Notes under the pieces: model-generated
What the model saw: the letters and a program-made list of their open reading frames with translations, nothing else
Told to the model about the DNA's origin: nothing
Databases searched by the model: none
Shown: one piece after another, positions 63,975 to 64,000 of the stretch
Position numbering within the stretch: position 1 is the first letter of the stretch
Layout: the number at the start of each line of letters is the position of its first letter
NCBI RefSeq assembly: GCF_002113885.1
Contig: NW_018404097.1
Location: 285,364-349,363, forward strand
DNA: 64,000 nucleotides
Direction: 5' to 3'
DNA from: Mizuhopecten yessoensis
Taxonomy: Eukaryota
Program-made: the position numbers and the translations under genes

Positions 63975-64000
63975 CCAATACAAACACTCCCTTACAATAT

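Overview
AT-rich, intron-rich animal genomic DNA; it looks like a mollusc, but that is an inference from repeat style and gene structure only. Most of the window is one minus-strand DOCK-A family Rac GEF gene (DOCK1/2/5, mbc-like). I traced it by hand from the ATG at 61524 through 42 phase-consistent coding exons (about 1430 aa: SH3, DHR-1/C2, armadillo region, start of DHR-2); it continues beyond position 1. A CFAP206 orthologue starts head-to-head on the plus strand (ATG 62916). The introns hold many tandem arrays, several MITEs and an unclassified ~1 kb element, present once singly and once as a 5x head-to-tail array. Main observations: (1) many tandem arrays are amplifications of the gene's own exon-intron junctions, creating arrays of cloned splice sites; (2) the ~1 kb element family has conserved inverted repeats/hairpins and a permuted block order; (3) a candidate 12-nt in-frame microexon, a U12-type intron and a GC-AG intron. 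Nearly all long ORFs in the supplied track are repeat artefacts. Coordinates were counted by hand; repeat ends and copy numbers are approximate.
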